Of a stretch of DNA of 64,000 bases, positions 40,016 through 50,575 are shown in pieces (position 1 is the first letter of the stretch; each line of letters opens with the position of its first letter). The DNA lies in sequence record PZ445439.1. The stretch is one strand, 5' to 3'. Origin of the DNA: a phage. The notes beneath the pieces are model-generated. The model saw nothing but the letters and a program-made list of their open reading frames with translations. It made no database searches and had not been told where the DNA came from. Made by a program: the position numbers and the translations under genes.

Positions 40016-42193
40016 TTAGGCCGCAAGGGCCTTCATAGTTTTAGCGATTTGGGAAACTTCATCATCACTTAAAGAGTTGCGATATCCGATGAAGTCGGAA
40101 ACAATACGGAATTTCTTGGTAAACTCAGCAACCATTTTATCACTGTTTTTTGAAGCATTATATGATAATTTATCAAAAAGATTAGTTACTGTCCAGATGT
40201 CATGACCGATGGTATCTTTTCCACCGTTGAAATATACACCCTGTAATGAACTAACCATATTAGCGAGTCGTGTATATTTTTCAGAAACTTCATCTGTACT
40301 GAAGTACTTCATCATAAAATCTAACTCAGGATACTTGATGATTTTATCAATATATCGTTTAGCTGAACTTGAATAACCTACGTACTCATCATAATCTACA
40401 TCATCAAAAGCATCTACATATAAATCACGCACAGTTTCAAAAATACATTGGCACTGACCAAGTTCTTTTACCTTTTTCTGTAAAAGCGGACGAATAACAT
40501 AAAATTCATTAATGCCAATAAGATTAGCCATACGAATCAAAATATTCATAGATGGATTACAAAGAGATGTAGTACCATCCATAGAGAAAATATCAGAACG
40601 ATGCATATACGCTACATAACCAGTAATTTCATCTGCTTCTGACGTAAGCGTAAATAGTTCTTCTTTTTCCCAACGCCCATCTTTAATTTCAAACTTAAAT
40701 GCTGTAGCAGCTTTAGGACGAGGAGCTTTACTTTTAACTGCCTTCGGAATATAGCTTTTAACTAAAGCTTCAATTTCTGACAAATAATGAATGTTAACTT
40801 CATCACTTTCAAACATCGCCATAATATCAGGAAGTAAATCAATTTGTGATTCTACTTCCGGGTTAATAAACAGAAGACGCTCATTATGATGAATATTTAA
40901 AGTGTTATTAAATTCACTATCATCTAACGCATGTGCTAATCCACGGACAATATTAACACGATTTTTAATATCATCAATAACGATATTAATTTTTGTTGTA
41001 TTAATACCGAACAGACGATAGCTTGATGCAACTGCTGAAGTTTCATGGCTTTGCTTAATGCGTTTCAGTCGAGGGTCAAGATTTACTTCATACACAACCC
41101 CTGCATTACATAACTTACTATCAGGTTCAAACATGCTCTGCATCTTCTTATATGACAGATTTTTAGTCGTGAATTTGACTGAATTACTAATCATATAATC
41201 TCGAGCAGAATACCCCATCTTCATCAATTCACGATATGTGTGACGAGGAGATGTAGATTCTTTAAATCGTTTTACATCTTCATTAAATGCTTGCTCACTG
41301 AGTTCTTTAACTCGTTCAATAATATTTTTACGGGTACGATCATCAAGTGAAAGAGCTTCGCGAGATGGAGCAATATCAAGTGAACCCATTGGAAACTTAA
41401 TGTAATTCACTTCATTACGAATGCTTAGCCAGTTACGCTCTCTAATAACACCATCAATAGGATAAACAATACCGCCATAGATGGCATACAATCCGCCACG
41501 ATCAGGCCAGTATCTTTCTGGATTTACGCCGTAATAATCATCAAAATCCGGAAAATAATCAATTTCACGGTCAAGACCATTGATGATAGCCAAATCTTTG
41601 AACGGCCGCATGATATAAGAAACTTCATAAGCAAAGTTTCTAAAGTCTTTTTCTTCAACTGGAACTACGATTTCAATACCAGTTTTATCATCTGGACCCA
41701 TTTCTTTTACGAATGTAGGTTTAATTTGTGGACCATCACCATCCATATAAGCTACATAACCACGAATTTCGCCTTTATGATACGAAGTAATACTAAACGT
41801 ATCAGTATAACTAAATGGAGATTTAGAACCTAAACCAAATCCGCCAATGAAATCGTTGGATTCGGCTTTAGATGAACTGAAGTATGAATTATACAGACCA
41901 GGAGAATTATCATCACCCTGAATATCAAAATCGCTCATGCCCGGACCAAAGTCTCGGCAAACAAATCGCGGATCTAATCGTCCAGGAACTTGTATGATAA
42001 ATTTTTCAGGATTTCCATTGAGTGCATGAGCATCAATCATGTTAGTAATTAATTCACGGACTACTGCGCGAATCTTGTTTGTATACAAATCAGACGACAG
42101 AATTTTAAATACTTTAGGAGATGCTGTGATGCTAAATGCTTTTGATTTAGAACCATTACCCAGAATTGTTTCTTTTTCAGTGGTGATAATCAT
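40016..42193 (-). CDS. rIIA: RIIA
   Basis: 725 aa, ATPase-like N-terminal region, size as T4 rIIA. Confidence 0.9.
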   Translation of the reverse strand: MIITTEKETILGNGSKSKAFSITASPKVFKILSSDLYTNKIRAVVRELITNMIDAHALNGNPEKFIIQVPGRLDPRFVCRDFGPGMSDFDIQGDDNSPGLYNSYFSSSKAESNDFIGGFGLGSKSPFSYTDTFSITSYHKGEIRGYVAYMDGDGPQIKPTFVKEMGPDDKTGIEIVVPVEEKDFRNFAYEVSYIMRPFKDLAIINGLDREIDYFPDFDDYYGVNPERYWPDRGGLYAIYGGIVYPIDGVIRERNWLSIRNEVNYIKFPMGSLDIAPSREALSLDDRTRKNIIERVKELSEQAFNEDVKRFKESTSPRHTYRELMKMGYSARDYMISNSVKFTTKNLSYKKMQSMFEPDSKLCNAGVVYEVNLDPRLKRIKQSHETSAVASSYRLFGINTTKINIVIDDIKNRVNIVRGLAHALDDSEFNNTLNIHHNERLLFINPEVESQIDLLPDIMAMFESDEVNIHYLSEIEALVKSYIPKAVKSKAPRPKAATAFKFEIKDGRWEKEELFTLTSEADEITGYVAYMHRSDIFSMDGTTSLCNPSMNILIRMANLIGINEFYVIRPLLQKKVKELGQCQCIFETVRDLYVDAFDDVDYDEYVGYSSSAKRYIDKIIKYPELDFMMKYFSTDEVSEKYTRLANMVSSLQGVYFNGGKDTIGHDIWTVTNLFDKLSYNASKNSDKMVAEFTKKFRIVSDFIGYRNSLSDDEVSQIAKTMKALAA

Positions 42194-42203
42194 AATTTCC
42201 TCA

Positions 42204-42407
42204 TTAATTCATATTACGCTTAATAACTTCAGCAACTTCAAGTAATTCATCTTTAGTTGCAGTGTCGGATTGAATTTTATCTCTAATATCCTTAAAGCGG
42301 TTTTTAAATTCTTCGGCTTCTCCCATATCGAAAAAGCGTTGAATGATTCGATATTCTCGATGAACTGCTTTATCAAAAAGTTCTAAATTTACTCTGTATG
42401 ATTTCAT
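42204..42407 (-). CDS. hypothetical protein, 67 aa (rIIA.1 position)
   Basis: track ORF, ATG start, downstream of early-type promoter. Confidence 0.55.
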   Translation of the reverse strand: MKSYRVNLELFDKAVHREYRIIQRFFDMGEAEEFKNRFKDIRDKIQSDTATKDELLEVAEVIKRNMN

Positions 42408-42432
42408 TCCAATATCCTCATTTGCCCAATTA

Positions 42433-42462
42433 ATTATACCACATCCTTGTGGTAAAGTAAAC
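42433..42462 (-). promoter_or_regulatory. early-type promoter candidate (GTTTAC, 18 nt, TATAAT) for rIIA.1/rIIA
   Basis: consensus TATAAT -10; spacer contains dyad CCACA..TGTGG; -35 overlaps gene 39 stop. Confidence 0.4.
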
Positions 42463-44282
42463 TACTGGCTCATCCATTCTTTGCGAAGGTCAGCATTATC
42501 TCCCATGAGCATTTCAAAAAGCTCTTTCCAATTCTCAGGAAGTTTAACAACATCATATACTGGATTTTGAATCATCTCACGATATTCAGATTTTTCCAAA
42601 GAGCCAAGTCCCTTAATATAACGGATGCTATGTTTAGGTAGAGCATCTTTGGCACTCTCATATTCAGCGACTGTATAAAACCATTCTTGTTTTTTACCGA
42701 CCTGAGCGATGATTACAGGAGTTTTGACAAAGCGAATTCGCCCCTGTTCAAACAGTTCTGGCCAATTACTAAAAAATCCGAGCAGAGAAGGATAAATGCT
42801 TCCTAGACCATCATGGTCAGCATCAGTCATAATAGCAATATTACGATAATTCAAGTTTTCAGCTTTTTCACCAAGAACTAGACCAGTGATTGCGCAAATA
42901 TCAAACAGTTCTTTGTTTTTAAGCATATCGGCATATGACATACCCCAGCTATTAAGAACTTTACCACGCAACGGATAACCACCATGAAGTTCTTTATCGC
43001 GAACATCAATAAGATATCCAATAGCTGAATCGCCTTCGGTTAAGAACAACGTAGTGTCAGCATCTTTACCACAAAGATTCGCTTTAATATGTTTATGAAC
43101 CTTAGCTTTAGAAGCCTTTTTAGCTGCTTTAGTTTCTGCTGCTTTTTCTGCCGCCAATTTACGAGCTAATGCTGCTTCAATAATTGGCATTAAAATTGCT
43201 TCATTATTTAGAATAGCGCGTGAAATCTTTTTAGCATCAAGTTGAATATGACTACGGATTTCACCAAATGGAGAAGTCAAACGCTCTTTAGTTTGAGAAT
43301 CAAATCGCATGTTTTTCATATCACGAACAAACATAACGATAGTCAAACATTCTTTAACACGTGCTTTAGTCACATCAATTTTGAACTTACGTTTGATTTG
43401 TGGAATAAGGTCTTCACAAATATCATCCATAACACAATCAATGTGATGGCCACCATTCTTAGTGTGAATGTTATTCACGTAAGTTAATTGACGAAAACCA
43501 TCCGGTGAACGACCAACCGCAATAGAACAATTTTCTTGCTCTTGAACAATAGCATGCTCATCATATTGGCGTGCATATTTCTTAAAATTACCCTGAACCT
43601 TTTTACCATTAAAGGTAAATTGAATATCAGGATAAACTACAGCAAGTGTCTGGAGACGATCTAGTGTAATGTCAAGATAAACTTGGGACAGCTCATTAGT
43701 TTCAAATGACATAAAATCAGGAATGAAAGTAACACGAGTTCCTTTCCATTTTCCAGGAATATCTTCCCATGATTTATTTTCCATGCCATTTGAACAACGA
43801 ACTACAATATTATTTTGACCATCACCAGTTTCACCGACAAACATCACAGAAAAAATGTTTGTCAAACTAGAACCAACACCGTTCATACCACCAGTGACGC
43901 GTTCTTTATCATCACCAAAGTTACCGCCTGCTTTTGGAATAGTCCATGCAGCAACAGGACCAGGAATTTCTTCACCGGTAGGTGTTTTAACCATCGCTTG
44001 TGGAATACCACGACCATTATCTTCAACTGTTACTTGATTGTTTTTAATAGTAACATTAATTTTATTCGCGAATTTAAACTTAGTACGAATACCTTCATCG
44101 ACTGAGTTATCAATAATTTCATCAATAAGCTTAACAAGACCAGGTACATACTGAACACTTTCCCATTTACCAAACAGAAAGCGCTCATGCATTTCATTAG
44201 CTGAAGAGCCAATGTACATGCCACTACGCTTTTTGATATGTTCAATATCACTCAGAATTTTAATTTCATTCTTAATCATCAC
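42462..44282 (-). CDS. 39: DNA topoisomerase II large subunit (GyrB-like), uninterrupted 606 aa
   Basis: GHKL ATPase and Toprim motifs in one continuous ORF. Confidence 0.9.
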   Translation of the reverse strand: MMIKNEIKILSDIEHIKKRSGMYIGSSANEMHERFLFGKWESVQYVPGLVKLIDEIIDNSVDEGIRTKFKFANKINVTIKNNQVTVEDNGRGIPQAMVKTPTGEEIPGPVAAWTIPKAGGNFGDDKERVTGGMNGVGSSLTNIFSVMFVGETGDGQNNIVVRCSNGMENKSWEDIPGKWKGTRVTFIPDFMSFETNELSQVYLDITLDRLQTLAVVYPDIQFTFNGKKVQGNFKKYARQYDEHAIVQEQENCSIAVGRSPDGFRQLTYVNNIHTKNGGHHIDCVMDDICEDLIPQIKRKFKIDVTKARVKECLTIVMFVRDMKNMRFDSQTKERLTSPFGEIRSHIQLDAKKISRAILNNEAILMPIIEAALARKLAAEKAAETKAAKKASKAKVHKHIKANLCGKDADTTLFLTEGDSAIGYLIDVRDKELHGGYPLRGKVLNSWGMSYADMLKNKELFDICAITGLVLGEKAENLNYRNIAIMTDADHDGLGSIYPSLLGFFSNWPELFEQGRIRFVKTPVIIAQVGKKQEWFYTVAEYESAKDALPKHSIRYIKGLGSLEKSEYREMIQNPVYDVVKLPENWKELFEMLMGDNADLRKEWMSQ

Positions 44283-44331
44283 TTATCCTCGTTTGGTTTC
44301 GGGAATATTATACTCCGGTAATCATAAAGCT

Positions 44332-44349
44332 AAAGGCCCGAAGGCCTTT
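44332..44349 (-). terminator. hairpin AAAGGCC-UUCG-GGCCUUU after lipoprotein ORF (terminator-like, weak U tract)
   Basis: 7 bp stem with UUCG loop adjoining ORF stop. Confidence 0.4.
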
Positions 44350-44609
44350 TATTTAAAACGGATAGTCGAATCCTTGAAGAATAGACCAGAACACACAGTT
44401 CCTTCTACTTTCTGCCCGGTAGGTCCAATAGCACGAAATCCAGTATGTTGGAAATCATTTTCAGAGCAACCGAACCAGTTATATCCAGTGATTTCAATAT
44501 TAGTAAAACCGCTTGAAGACAAAACTTTAGTTGCATTATCAGCATCAGTACATCCTACTAAAGATACTGCTAATACTAATGCTGCGATAGAACGATTAAT
44601 ATATTTCAT
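44349..44609 (-). CDS. putative lipoprotein, about 86 aa (internal Met start)
   Basis: signal peptide with LVGC lipobox from Met-5 of track ORF. Confidence 0.5.
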   Translation of the reverse strand: MKYINRSIAALVLAVSLVGCTDADNATKVLSSSGFTNIEITGYNWFGCSENDFQHTGFRAIGPTGQKVEGTVCSGLFFKDSTIRFK

Positions 44610-44613
44610 AATT

Positions 44614-44985
44614 TCACTCAAATTTAATGGCTTGAAGAAGACTAATAATTCTTAAACGGCTTCTTTCATCTTTAACTGTAAAAGAAAGAGGGTCGCCAGA
44701 TTTCATAGTAATAGTGCATTCAAAATCAAAATCTTCAGGAACTTCTTCGAAGAAGTCAAATTCTTCATCATAAATTAGAACATTACTCTGAAAACTGTGA
44801 AGAATTTTTCCATCATTTCCAGATGCTGTACTAATCATTGTAACATTATTACCTTTCATATCTTCAACGATAAATTCGCTTGTAGATATTACATTACTAA
44901 TAGAACCATTCCTATAAATAGCAGAAAATAGATATTTCTTTTCTTCGCCTTCGCGAATACGATACTTCTTACCGATTTTAAACAT
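44614..44985 (-). CDS. hypothetical protein, 123 aa
   Basis: track ORF, ATG start. Confidence 0.5.
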   Translation of the reverse strand: MFKIGKKYRIREGEEKKYLFSAIYRNGSISNVISTSEFIVEDMKGNNVTMISTASGNDGKILHSFQSNVLIYDEEFDFFEEVPEDFDFECTITMKSGDPLSFTVKDERSRLRIISLLQAIKFE

Positions 44986-44987
44986 AA

Positions 44988-45164
44988 TTACCCTTTAAGT
45001 AAGTCGTAAAAACCGCCATTCACATGCTTAGGAGCAGAAGGCCGACGAGTAGACAGACGATGACATTTAGGGCAAACATCATTTTCTCGTTCAGAAATCT
45101 TTTTAATTTTTTCATATTCATGCCCGCAATCTTCGGATTGGCATTTATAATCATACATTGGCAT
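44988..45164 (-). CDS. small zinc-ribbon protein, about 58 aa (below ORF-track cutoff)
   Basis: CxxC..(17 aa)..CxxC pattern (YKCQSEDCGH..VCPKCH) read by eye. Confidence 0.4.
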   Translation of the reverse strand: MPMYDYKCQSEDCGHEYEKIKKISERENDVCPKCHRLSTRRPSAPKHVNGGFYDLLKG

Positions 45165-45166
45165 AA

Positions 45167-45586
45167 TTATTCCTTAAAGTGTACTTTCAACATCTGATAC
45201 AAGGACCATGCCTGTTCATTATTTTCAATAGTAACTTTCATGACAGGAAATTCTGTGAAATCTTCTATTTGTTCTTGCTCTTCCTGCTTTTGCTCTTCGG
45301 ACGCTTGATATGGATTTCCAACTTCGTCAAAGAACTCTGCTTCATTCGTGGAGAGCCAGATAAAGTTTTCATCAAGGATATCACCGCCTGTTGCGTATCC
45401 AACCGTGCCAGTAGATGTCACAATTTTAGTAGGACGACTGAGATGGTCAACATCTAAAATTTTAAAAGGTTCCATACCTAAACGTCGTGCGTAGATTCCG
45501 TTATCAATATGGTCTTTAATAAAAGCTTCTTGAGCTTGTTTATTTTTAAATTGATACCATTTATTAACTTCAAATCTAATAGCCAT
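45167..45586 (-). CDS. hypothetical acidic protein, 139 aa
   Basis: track ORF, ATG start. Confidence 0.5.
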   Translation of the reverse strand: MAIRFEVNKWYQFKNKQAQEAFIKDHIDNGIYARRLGMEPFKILDVDHLSRPTKIVTSTGTVGYATGGDILDENFIWLSTNEAEFFDEVGNPYQASEEQKQEEQEQIEDFTEFPVMKVTIENNEQAWSLYQMLKVHFKE

Positions 45587-45801
45587 TAATAAATTTCCTT
45601 CCAGTAAGTTGTACCGTCTTCAGTGATTTCACGGAATACACCATAAATCGGTTGTTTATCACCAACCTTTTCATACACATAAACCGAAGTCAAGTGAGTA
45701 AACTTGATGGTGTGTTCCTTTTGAACTACTACCAAATCTGGATCGAATAATACATCTTCAAATTCGTCATTAGTGCAATTCTGAACAATTTTACGTTTCA
45801 T
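45586..45801 (-). CDS. hypothetical protein, 71 aa
   Basis: track ORF, ATG start. Confidence 0.5.
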   Translation of the reverse strand: MKRKIVQNCTNDEFEDVLFDPDLVVVQKEHTIKFTHLTSVYVYEKVGDKQPIYGVFREITEDGTTYWKEIY

Positions 45802-45814
45802 TACAATTTCCTCA

Positions 45815-46084
45815 TTAATTGAACAGTGGAGCGATGCGTTTCAGAAGAGTAGCAGCACCTTTAGCGAATTTTACATCATGAAAAACAGTTTCTTCTTCCG
45901 TTACAACACGAGCTTTAATGTTTTCACAATCCCAATTTTTGCGAACAATCTTCAAAAGCTGCAGTAAATCTTTACATTCAGCAATATCGATAACACATCC
46001 ACGAGAATCTTCCATTATCGCACGATAACCGTAAGCCATACCATAATCATTGAAAGATTGCTCGATGATAATTAAATTTTCCAT
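45815..46084 (-). CDS. hypothetical protein, about 89 aa (internal Met start)
   Basis: GGAGAATAAA-ATG at Met-5 of track ORF. Confidence 0.45.
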   Translation of the reverse strand: MENLIIIEQSFNDYGMAYGYRAIMEDSRGCVIDIAECKDLLQLLKIVRKNWDCENIKARVVTEEETVFHDVKFAKGAATLLKRIAPLFN

Positions 46085-46181
46085 TTTATTCTCCAAGTTG
46101 TTTTCTGTATCAGTAGTTGATATTGATATAGTACCATAATCAACTACTGATGTATATAGTTTTATGAAAAAATTTTAAACT

Positions 46182-46673
46182 TTATGCATAGCGAGCTTTG
46201 CTATAGTGTTTAATCCAACTTTCAGGAATGACTTTGTATGTTCCTAAAAATACCGCGTTGTATAACTTAACGCCATCTTCTACCCATTGATCAGTAATGT
46301 ATGCACACATAGCGCGAGTACGGTTAACAACACCTTCCTCACCTTCAGTAAATTCAAACTCATAAGGAGCAACGAACTTAATAGCCTGACCGAGTTTCCA
46401 CTTAAAGTCTACACCTACATGCGAAGTATCAATCGTTTCAATTCCTTTAGCAGGAACAGCTTTCAAAAACGCAGATTCAAGAAATTTCGCACGAACATAG
46501 CCAAACTGAGGTTTAGACTTTCCATCTTTAGGAATGATACGCACTTTTACTTCAGAATCTTCATCTTTAACACCGTGTTTAAGCTGAATGCTTACAACTT
46601 CGACCAATTTTCCTGCCGCTTTAGAGCGGGATTTATCAGATACACGAGCTAATTCACCAATATTAATAATCAT
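46182..46673 (-). CDS. hypothetical protein, 163 aa (size and position suggest T4 motB); shares C-terminal domain with next ORF
   Basis: track ORF, ATG start; C-terminal ..ITDQWVEDGVKLYNAVFLGTYKVIPES.. Confidence 0.5.
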   Translation of the reverse strand: MIINIGELARVSDKSRSKAAGKLVEVVSIQLKHGVKDEDSEVKVRIIPKDGKSKPQFGYVRAKFLESAFLKAVPAKGIETIDTSHVGVDFKWKLGQAIKFVAPYEFEFTEGEEGVVNRTRAMCAYITDQWVEDGVKLYNAVFLGTYKVIPESWIKHYSKARYA

Positions 46674-46746
46674 AGTTATCTCTCACTTGTTAAAAAGATT
46701 TTATACTCCACGGGACCATTATACTCTGGTCCCAAGAGTTTGTAAA

Positions 46747-47184
46747 CTAGCTTACACGAACATTAATCACTGCGCTGCGAGGAACTACAGAGTACTCTCC
46801 AGCATGAACTACGTTCAGAAGTTCAACACCATCTTCAATCCACTGATCAGTCACCCATCCACCCACAGGATTCGCGAATGGACGACGAATATAAACTGCC
46901 TTACACAGTAGATCAGTTGGATCTTCAGGTTTTTCAATTTCTGTCAATAGACTAAAATCTTTTTCATAAATAATAAGCGGTGATACCATTCCATAATAGT
47001 TTCTAATTTCAATATACATCATACCGATAAGAATTCCGCTATTAACACTAATAACAGTAAAAGGATATCCGCCAGTTAAACCAAGAAGTTCACAAAACTT
47101 ATTATGAGCTGTATTAGACAGTACCGAAAAATTCTTAATTTCATCAAATTTTTTCAATTGATAAACAGCATTATTTTTAATCAT
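46747..47184 (-). CDS. hypothetical protein, 145 aa, paralogous C-terminal domain to 46182..46673
   Basis: C-terminal ..VTDQWIEDGVELLNVVHAGEYSVVPRS.. Confidence 0.5.
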   Translation of the reverse strand: MIKNNAVYQLKKFDEIKNFSVLSNTAHNKFCELLGLTGGYPFTVISVNSGILIGMMYIEIRNYYGMVSPLIIYEKDFSLLTEIEKPEDPTDLLCKAVYIRRPFANPVGGWVTDQWIEDGVELLNVVHAGEYSVVPRSAVINVRVS

Positions 47185-47194
47185 AATTTTCTCT

Positions 47195-47698
47195 TTAATC
47201 TAAGGTAATAAAGCCTTTTAATTCGGCATGTGACTTGCGGAACATTACTTGATGCCCACCAATGATAACTTTATCTTCAGGTACTTCGTATACAGCGAGA
47301 TAAAATCCTTTAGAAGCTAATTCTTCACGCTCTTCTCGTGTGAACCATCTCATCATATCATATTCACTAGCAAAAGCAAAATGATAAAGAGCTATAAACC
47401 ATCCTGGAATATAGTGATCTACGCCTACATATTCTTCTTTCTCAAAATTAGTATTAATTGCTATATTAGCATTTTTAACTAATAGTTTGTCTTCGTGCGG
47501 AAGAGGAATTCTTTTATTATCATTACTATGATGCATAAAATTAGGTCTGTCATAACCTACGTGTAATAACCACTCTTCGCTCCATGAATCCATTATACTC
47601 CTGTACGGCGTTATTTGAACACAAAGATCTCGACGTATTGTTATAGCATCTTCATAATTAAGAATACTAAATGATGATTCAACACGATAAATTTTCAT
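47195..47698 (-). CDS. hypothetical protein, about 167 aa (internal Met start)
   Basis: early-type promoter lies inside the track N-terminal extension; GAGGATAATAAA-ATG at internal Met. Confidence 0.5.
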   Translation of the reverse strand: MKIYRVESSFSILNYEDAITIRRDLCVQITPYRSIMDSWSEEWLLHVGYDRPNFMHHSNDNKRIPLPHEDKLLVKNANIAINTNFEKEEYVGVDHYIPGWFIALYHFAFASEYDMMRWFTREEREELASKGFYLAVYEVPEDKVIIGGHQVMFRKSHAELKGFITLD

Positions 47699-47723
47699 TT
47701 TATTATCCTCAGTAGCTATGGTG

Positions 47724-47755
47724 TTATAATACCACAACTAACCGAGGAAGTAAAC
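47724..47755 (-). promoter_or_regulatory. early-type promoter candidate (GTTTAC, about 18 nt, TATTAT)
   Basis: motif pair upstream of ORF 47195..47698. Confidence 0.35.
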
Positions 47756-47761
47756 AACTTT

Positions 47762-48445
47762 TTATCGTTTTGTTGGAAGAGATAGAGGATCGCACTCTTC
47801 CTCTGACGGAGCATCTTCAAGACCCATAGCATATCGCAAAGCATACTTCATCATCAGGATGTCTTTCGCACAATCATGAATAGAATCATGCGCAACGAAT
47901 CCATCTAAAGTTCCCTTTGGAAGAGGACATGTAGTCATATCACGAACAAGCAGAAGTGCTTCAATTCTGGTACGAATATCACGCTGATTCCAGAATTTAC
48001 AAGGTTCTAACTTAAACGTATCAAGCTCATTCTCAGAAACGCCATTAAGACGTTGAATATCGCGAATGAGATCGACTAAAATTGGAAAATCAAACGACAT
48101 TCCACGGCACCAACCTTGAGATTTCCAAGGATCGATATTATGTGCATTGATGTAATCGTTGAATTTTGCAATACCATCAATGGTGCTTACATCTTCATCG
48201 GATGGTGCAATATTTTTTCGAGCTTCAGGAGACTGATTTTTCCACCATTCGATAGTGCTTTTAGTAAAAAGACGATGTCCTTTTTGGCTTTTTAAATCAA
48301 ATTTGATTTTAATGCCACGTGAAACTAATTCATCAAATGTTTCAACAACTTCTGGGTTAGGGTCAAAGGCAATAACAGCCAAATCAATAACCGCTGCTTT
48401 TTCACCGCTTCCCATTGTTTCAAAATCTATAATAAAATCAAACAT
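47762..48445 (-). CDS. dexA: exonuclease A (DEDDh 3'-5' exonuclease)
   Basis: 227 aa, N-terminal DFETMG exonuclease motif, size as T4 DexA. Confidence 0.75.
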   Translation of the reverse strand: MFDFIIDFETMGSGEKAAVIDLAVIAFDPNPEVVETFDELVSRGIKIKFDLKSQKGHRLFTKSTIEWWKNQSPEARKNIAPSDEDVSTIDGIAKFNDYINAHNIDPWKSQGWCRGMSFDFPILVDLIRDIQRLNGVSENELDTFKLEPCKFWNQRDIRTRIEALLLVRDMTTCPLPKGTLDGFVAHDSIHDCAKDILMMKYALRYAMGLEDAPSEEECDPLSLPTKR

Positions 48446-48687
48446 TAAATTTTCCTCGCTAAATCGCGAATTTGACCTACAGTATAATCTTGGATATAAA
48501 CTTTATTAATGGGCTCATCAATAAATTTTGCCATAGATTCAATATCTTTTTGTATCTCTTCAAGACTGTATACTATCTTTAAAGCTTTTTCGCGAATAGT
48601 AACATTATCAGGTCCTGGATTTTCCTCAATGACAGCTTTGACATTTGTCATAAGAGATTTAAACTGATGCAAACTTAATTCAATCAT
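48445..48687 (-). CDS. hypothetical protein, 80 aa (tandem paralogue A)
   Basis: track ORF, ATG start; pattern ..LEEIQKDI.. shared with next ORF. Confidence 0.45.
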   Translation of the reverse strand: MIELSLHQFKSLMTNVKAVIEENPGPDNVTIREKALKIVYSLEEIQKDIESMAKFIDEPINKVYIQDYTVGQIRDLARKI

Positions 48688-48940
48688 TAATAATCGCCTT
48701 ATAAAGATAGCTAATTTCGCCTAAAACATAATCATTAATTGTAACAGTTTTCACTTCACCGCAAAAGAATTCTAACGCAATTAAATCTCGTTCAATTTCT
48801 TCTAATTGAAGCATCAACTTACTAGATTCAATTTTTACAGTTTCACGATTTTTACCATGAGCAATTTCATAAATTTCGCTAACTTTATCCTGAAGAAGAT
48901 AAAACTGATCTTTAGTTATTTCCACGAATAGCTTCCTCAA
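48680..48940 (-). CDS. hypothetical protein, about 81-86 aa (tandem paralogue B; start codon uncertain, possibly GTG)
   Basis: track ORF begins at a non-ATG codon; ..LEEIERDL.. motif. Confidence 0.4.
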   Translation of the reverse strand: MRKLFVEITKDQFYLLQDKVSEIYEIAHGKNRETVKIESSKLMLQLEEIERDLIALEFFCGEVKTVTINDYVLGEISYLYKAIIND

Positions 48941-48946
48941 ATTTAA

Positions 48947-50266
48947 TCATACGTAAAACACATCATAACGACCACGAGTGACACCAACATAAAGAAGCTG
49001 CTGAGCTAATTCAGCATCTGCATAATGAATACAAGGCGTATAGATGAAAGCACGGTCTACAGACATACCCTGCGCTTTATGGAATGTTGATGCAGGAAGT
49101 GCTTTCACTTTACTAAACTGTGATTTAGCATCCCAAAAATCACTCCATGGAGCTTTTCCGCCTTTATTCCAATTTTTATAAGTTTCTGCGGTTTTACCTA
49201 AAAATAGGTTAAACTTATATAGCTCTTCATCGGATGAAATTATTTTAATCTTTTCACGATAATATTCATCATCGCCATAAGTTTCTACTGTTAAATCCCA
49301 ATGACGAATTAGATATTCTCCAGGAACACCACGAGCTTTAACAAAGGTTGATGTATACTCTGCTTCTATAATACGAACTAATTGTCCGTTATTAAAAATA
49401 ATTTCTGACACAGGCTTTCCATCAATTTTATATGTTTTAATTAATGGTTCCTGCATTACAATAATTTCACCGACAATAAAATCTTTATCAGTTTCAAAAA
49501 TCTTTTTACGAATAATGCTATTTAACTTGTCAACAGATTTATTCGTAAATGCCATTACGCGATTTTCAAACAAATCATCTAGTGATTTGACGATTGAAAA
49601 ATAATTTACCATAAAATCGCGTAAAGCGGTATCACCGGTAAATCCACGTACTCCATGACCGTCAACAACTTTATCATAAATCCACTTACCGTTACGAACG
49701 TCAGTAGCTACATCAATAATAGGAGCATTACTGCGTTTAACTTCAGTGAGTTCACACTGATAAAAATCTTTGTGTGTAAAGAATGGACTGATATAAGCAG
49801 TATTTTCTCCTGGGTCAACAGGTCTAATTTGCTTATTATCACCTATTCCAATTATAGTACACCAAGGTGGAATGGTTGAAAGCAGAATTTTAAATAGCTT
49901 TCTATCATACATTGACACTTCGTCGCAGATTAATACCCTGCATTTAGCTAAATCTGGTACTTCTTTTTGTTCAAAAAGAACGTTTTCTTCATATGTTACT
50001 GGGTTAATTTTGAGAATACTGTGAATAGTACTTGCTTCTTTCCCAGATAGTTTTGAAAGAATCTTTTTAGCTGCATGAGTAGGAGCTGCTAAAATAATAC
50101 CAGTTTCACCTGTAGATATTAGGGCTTCAATAATGAACTTAGTAAGAGTAGTCTTACCAGTACCAGCAGGTCCATTAATAGTTACATGGTGTTTCTTTTC
50201 TTTGATAGCCCTCATAACGATGTTAAAGGCATTTTTCTGGCCTTCGGTCAAATCATCAAATGTCAT
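48947..50266 (-). CDS. dda: Dda DNA helicase (SF1B)
   Basis: 439 aa, Walker A GPAGTGKT, size as T4 Dda. Confidence 0.9.
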   Translation of the reverse strand: MTFDDLTEGQKNAFNIVMRAIKEKKHHVTINGPAGTGKTTLTKFIIEALISTGETGIILAAPTHAAKKILSKLSGKEASTIHSILKINPVTYEENVLFEQKEVPDLAKCRVLICDEVSMYDRKLFKILLSTIPPWCTIIGIGDNKQIRPVDPGENTAYISPFFTHKDFYQCELTEVKRSNAPIIDVATDVRNGKWIYDKVVDGHGVRGFTGDTALRDFMVNYFSIVKSLDDLFENRVMAFTNKSVDKLNSIIRKKIFETDKDFIVGEIIVMQEPLIKTYKIDGKPVSEIIFNNGQLVRIIEAEYTSTFVKARGVPGEYLIRHWDLTVETYGDDEYYREKIKIISSDEELYKFNLFLGKTAETYKNWNKGGKAPWSDFWDAKSQFSKVKALPASTFHKAQGMSVDRAFIYTPCIHYADAELAQQLLYVGVTRGRYDVFYV

Positions 50267-50574
50267 CGTAAATTCCCTGCAATTGGTATACTAACAATAC
50301 GCCCAGTATCTAAAATTCGCTGATATAATCTTTGCGTGTCTACGTCAGGCTTAACATGTTTAACTTCTATTTTATTAAACCAAAACTTACGTGGAGTCTC
50401 AACTAATCTTGGAATTCCCTTACCTAAAGCTAGTCGATACTGCTCTTTAAGAGTAGTAAATACTTTATCAGCAATATTCCATTCAAAAAATACAGCAGGA
50501 CGATGTTCATCAAGTGGAACTGGCGCTGTAAATCCGTCTTTGTCTCGGTAAACTATCGCATATACATAAACCAT
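50263..50574 (-). CDS. hypothetical protein, 103 aa (dda.1 position)
   Basis: track ORF, ATG start. Confidence 0.5.
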   Translation of the reverse strand: MVYVYAIVYRDKDGFTAPVPLDEHRPAVFFEWNIADKVFTTLKEQYRLALGKGIPRLVETPRKFWFNKIEVKHVKPDVDTQRLYQRILDTGRIVSIPIAGNLR

Positions 50575-50575
50575 A

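Noticed and set aside
42462-44282. Looked for a gene 60-type translational bypass or mobA-like insertion in the topoisomerase gene
   Set aside because: One uninterrupted 606 aa frame covers the region; no hop-like gap or internal stop
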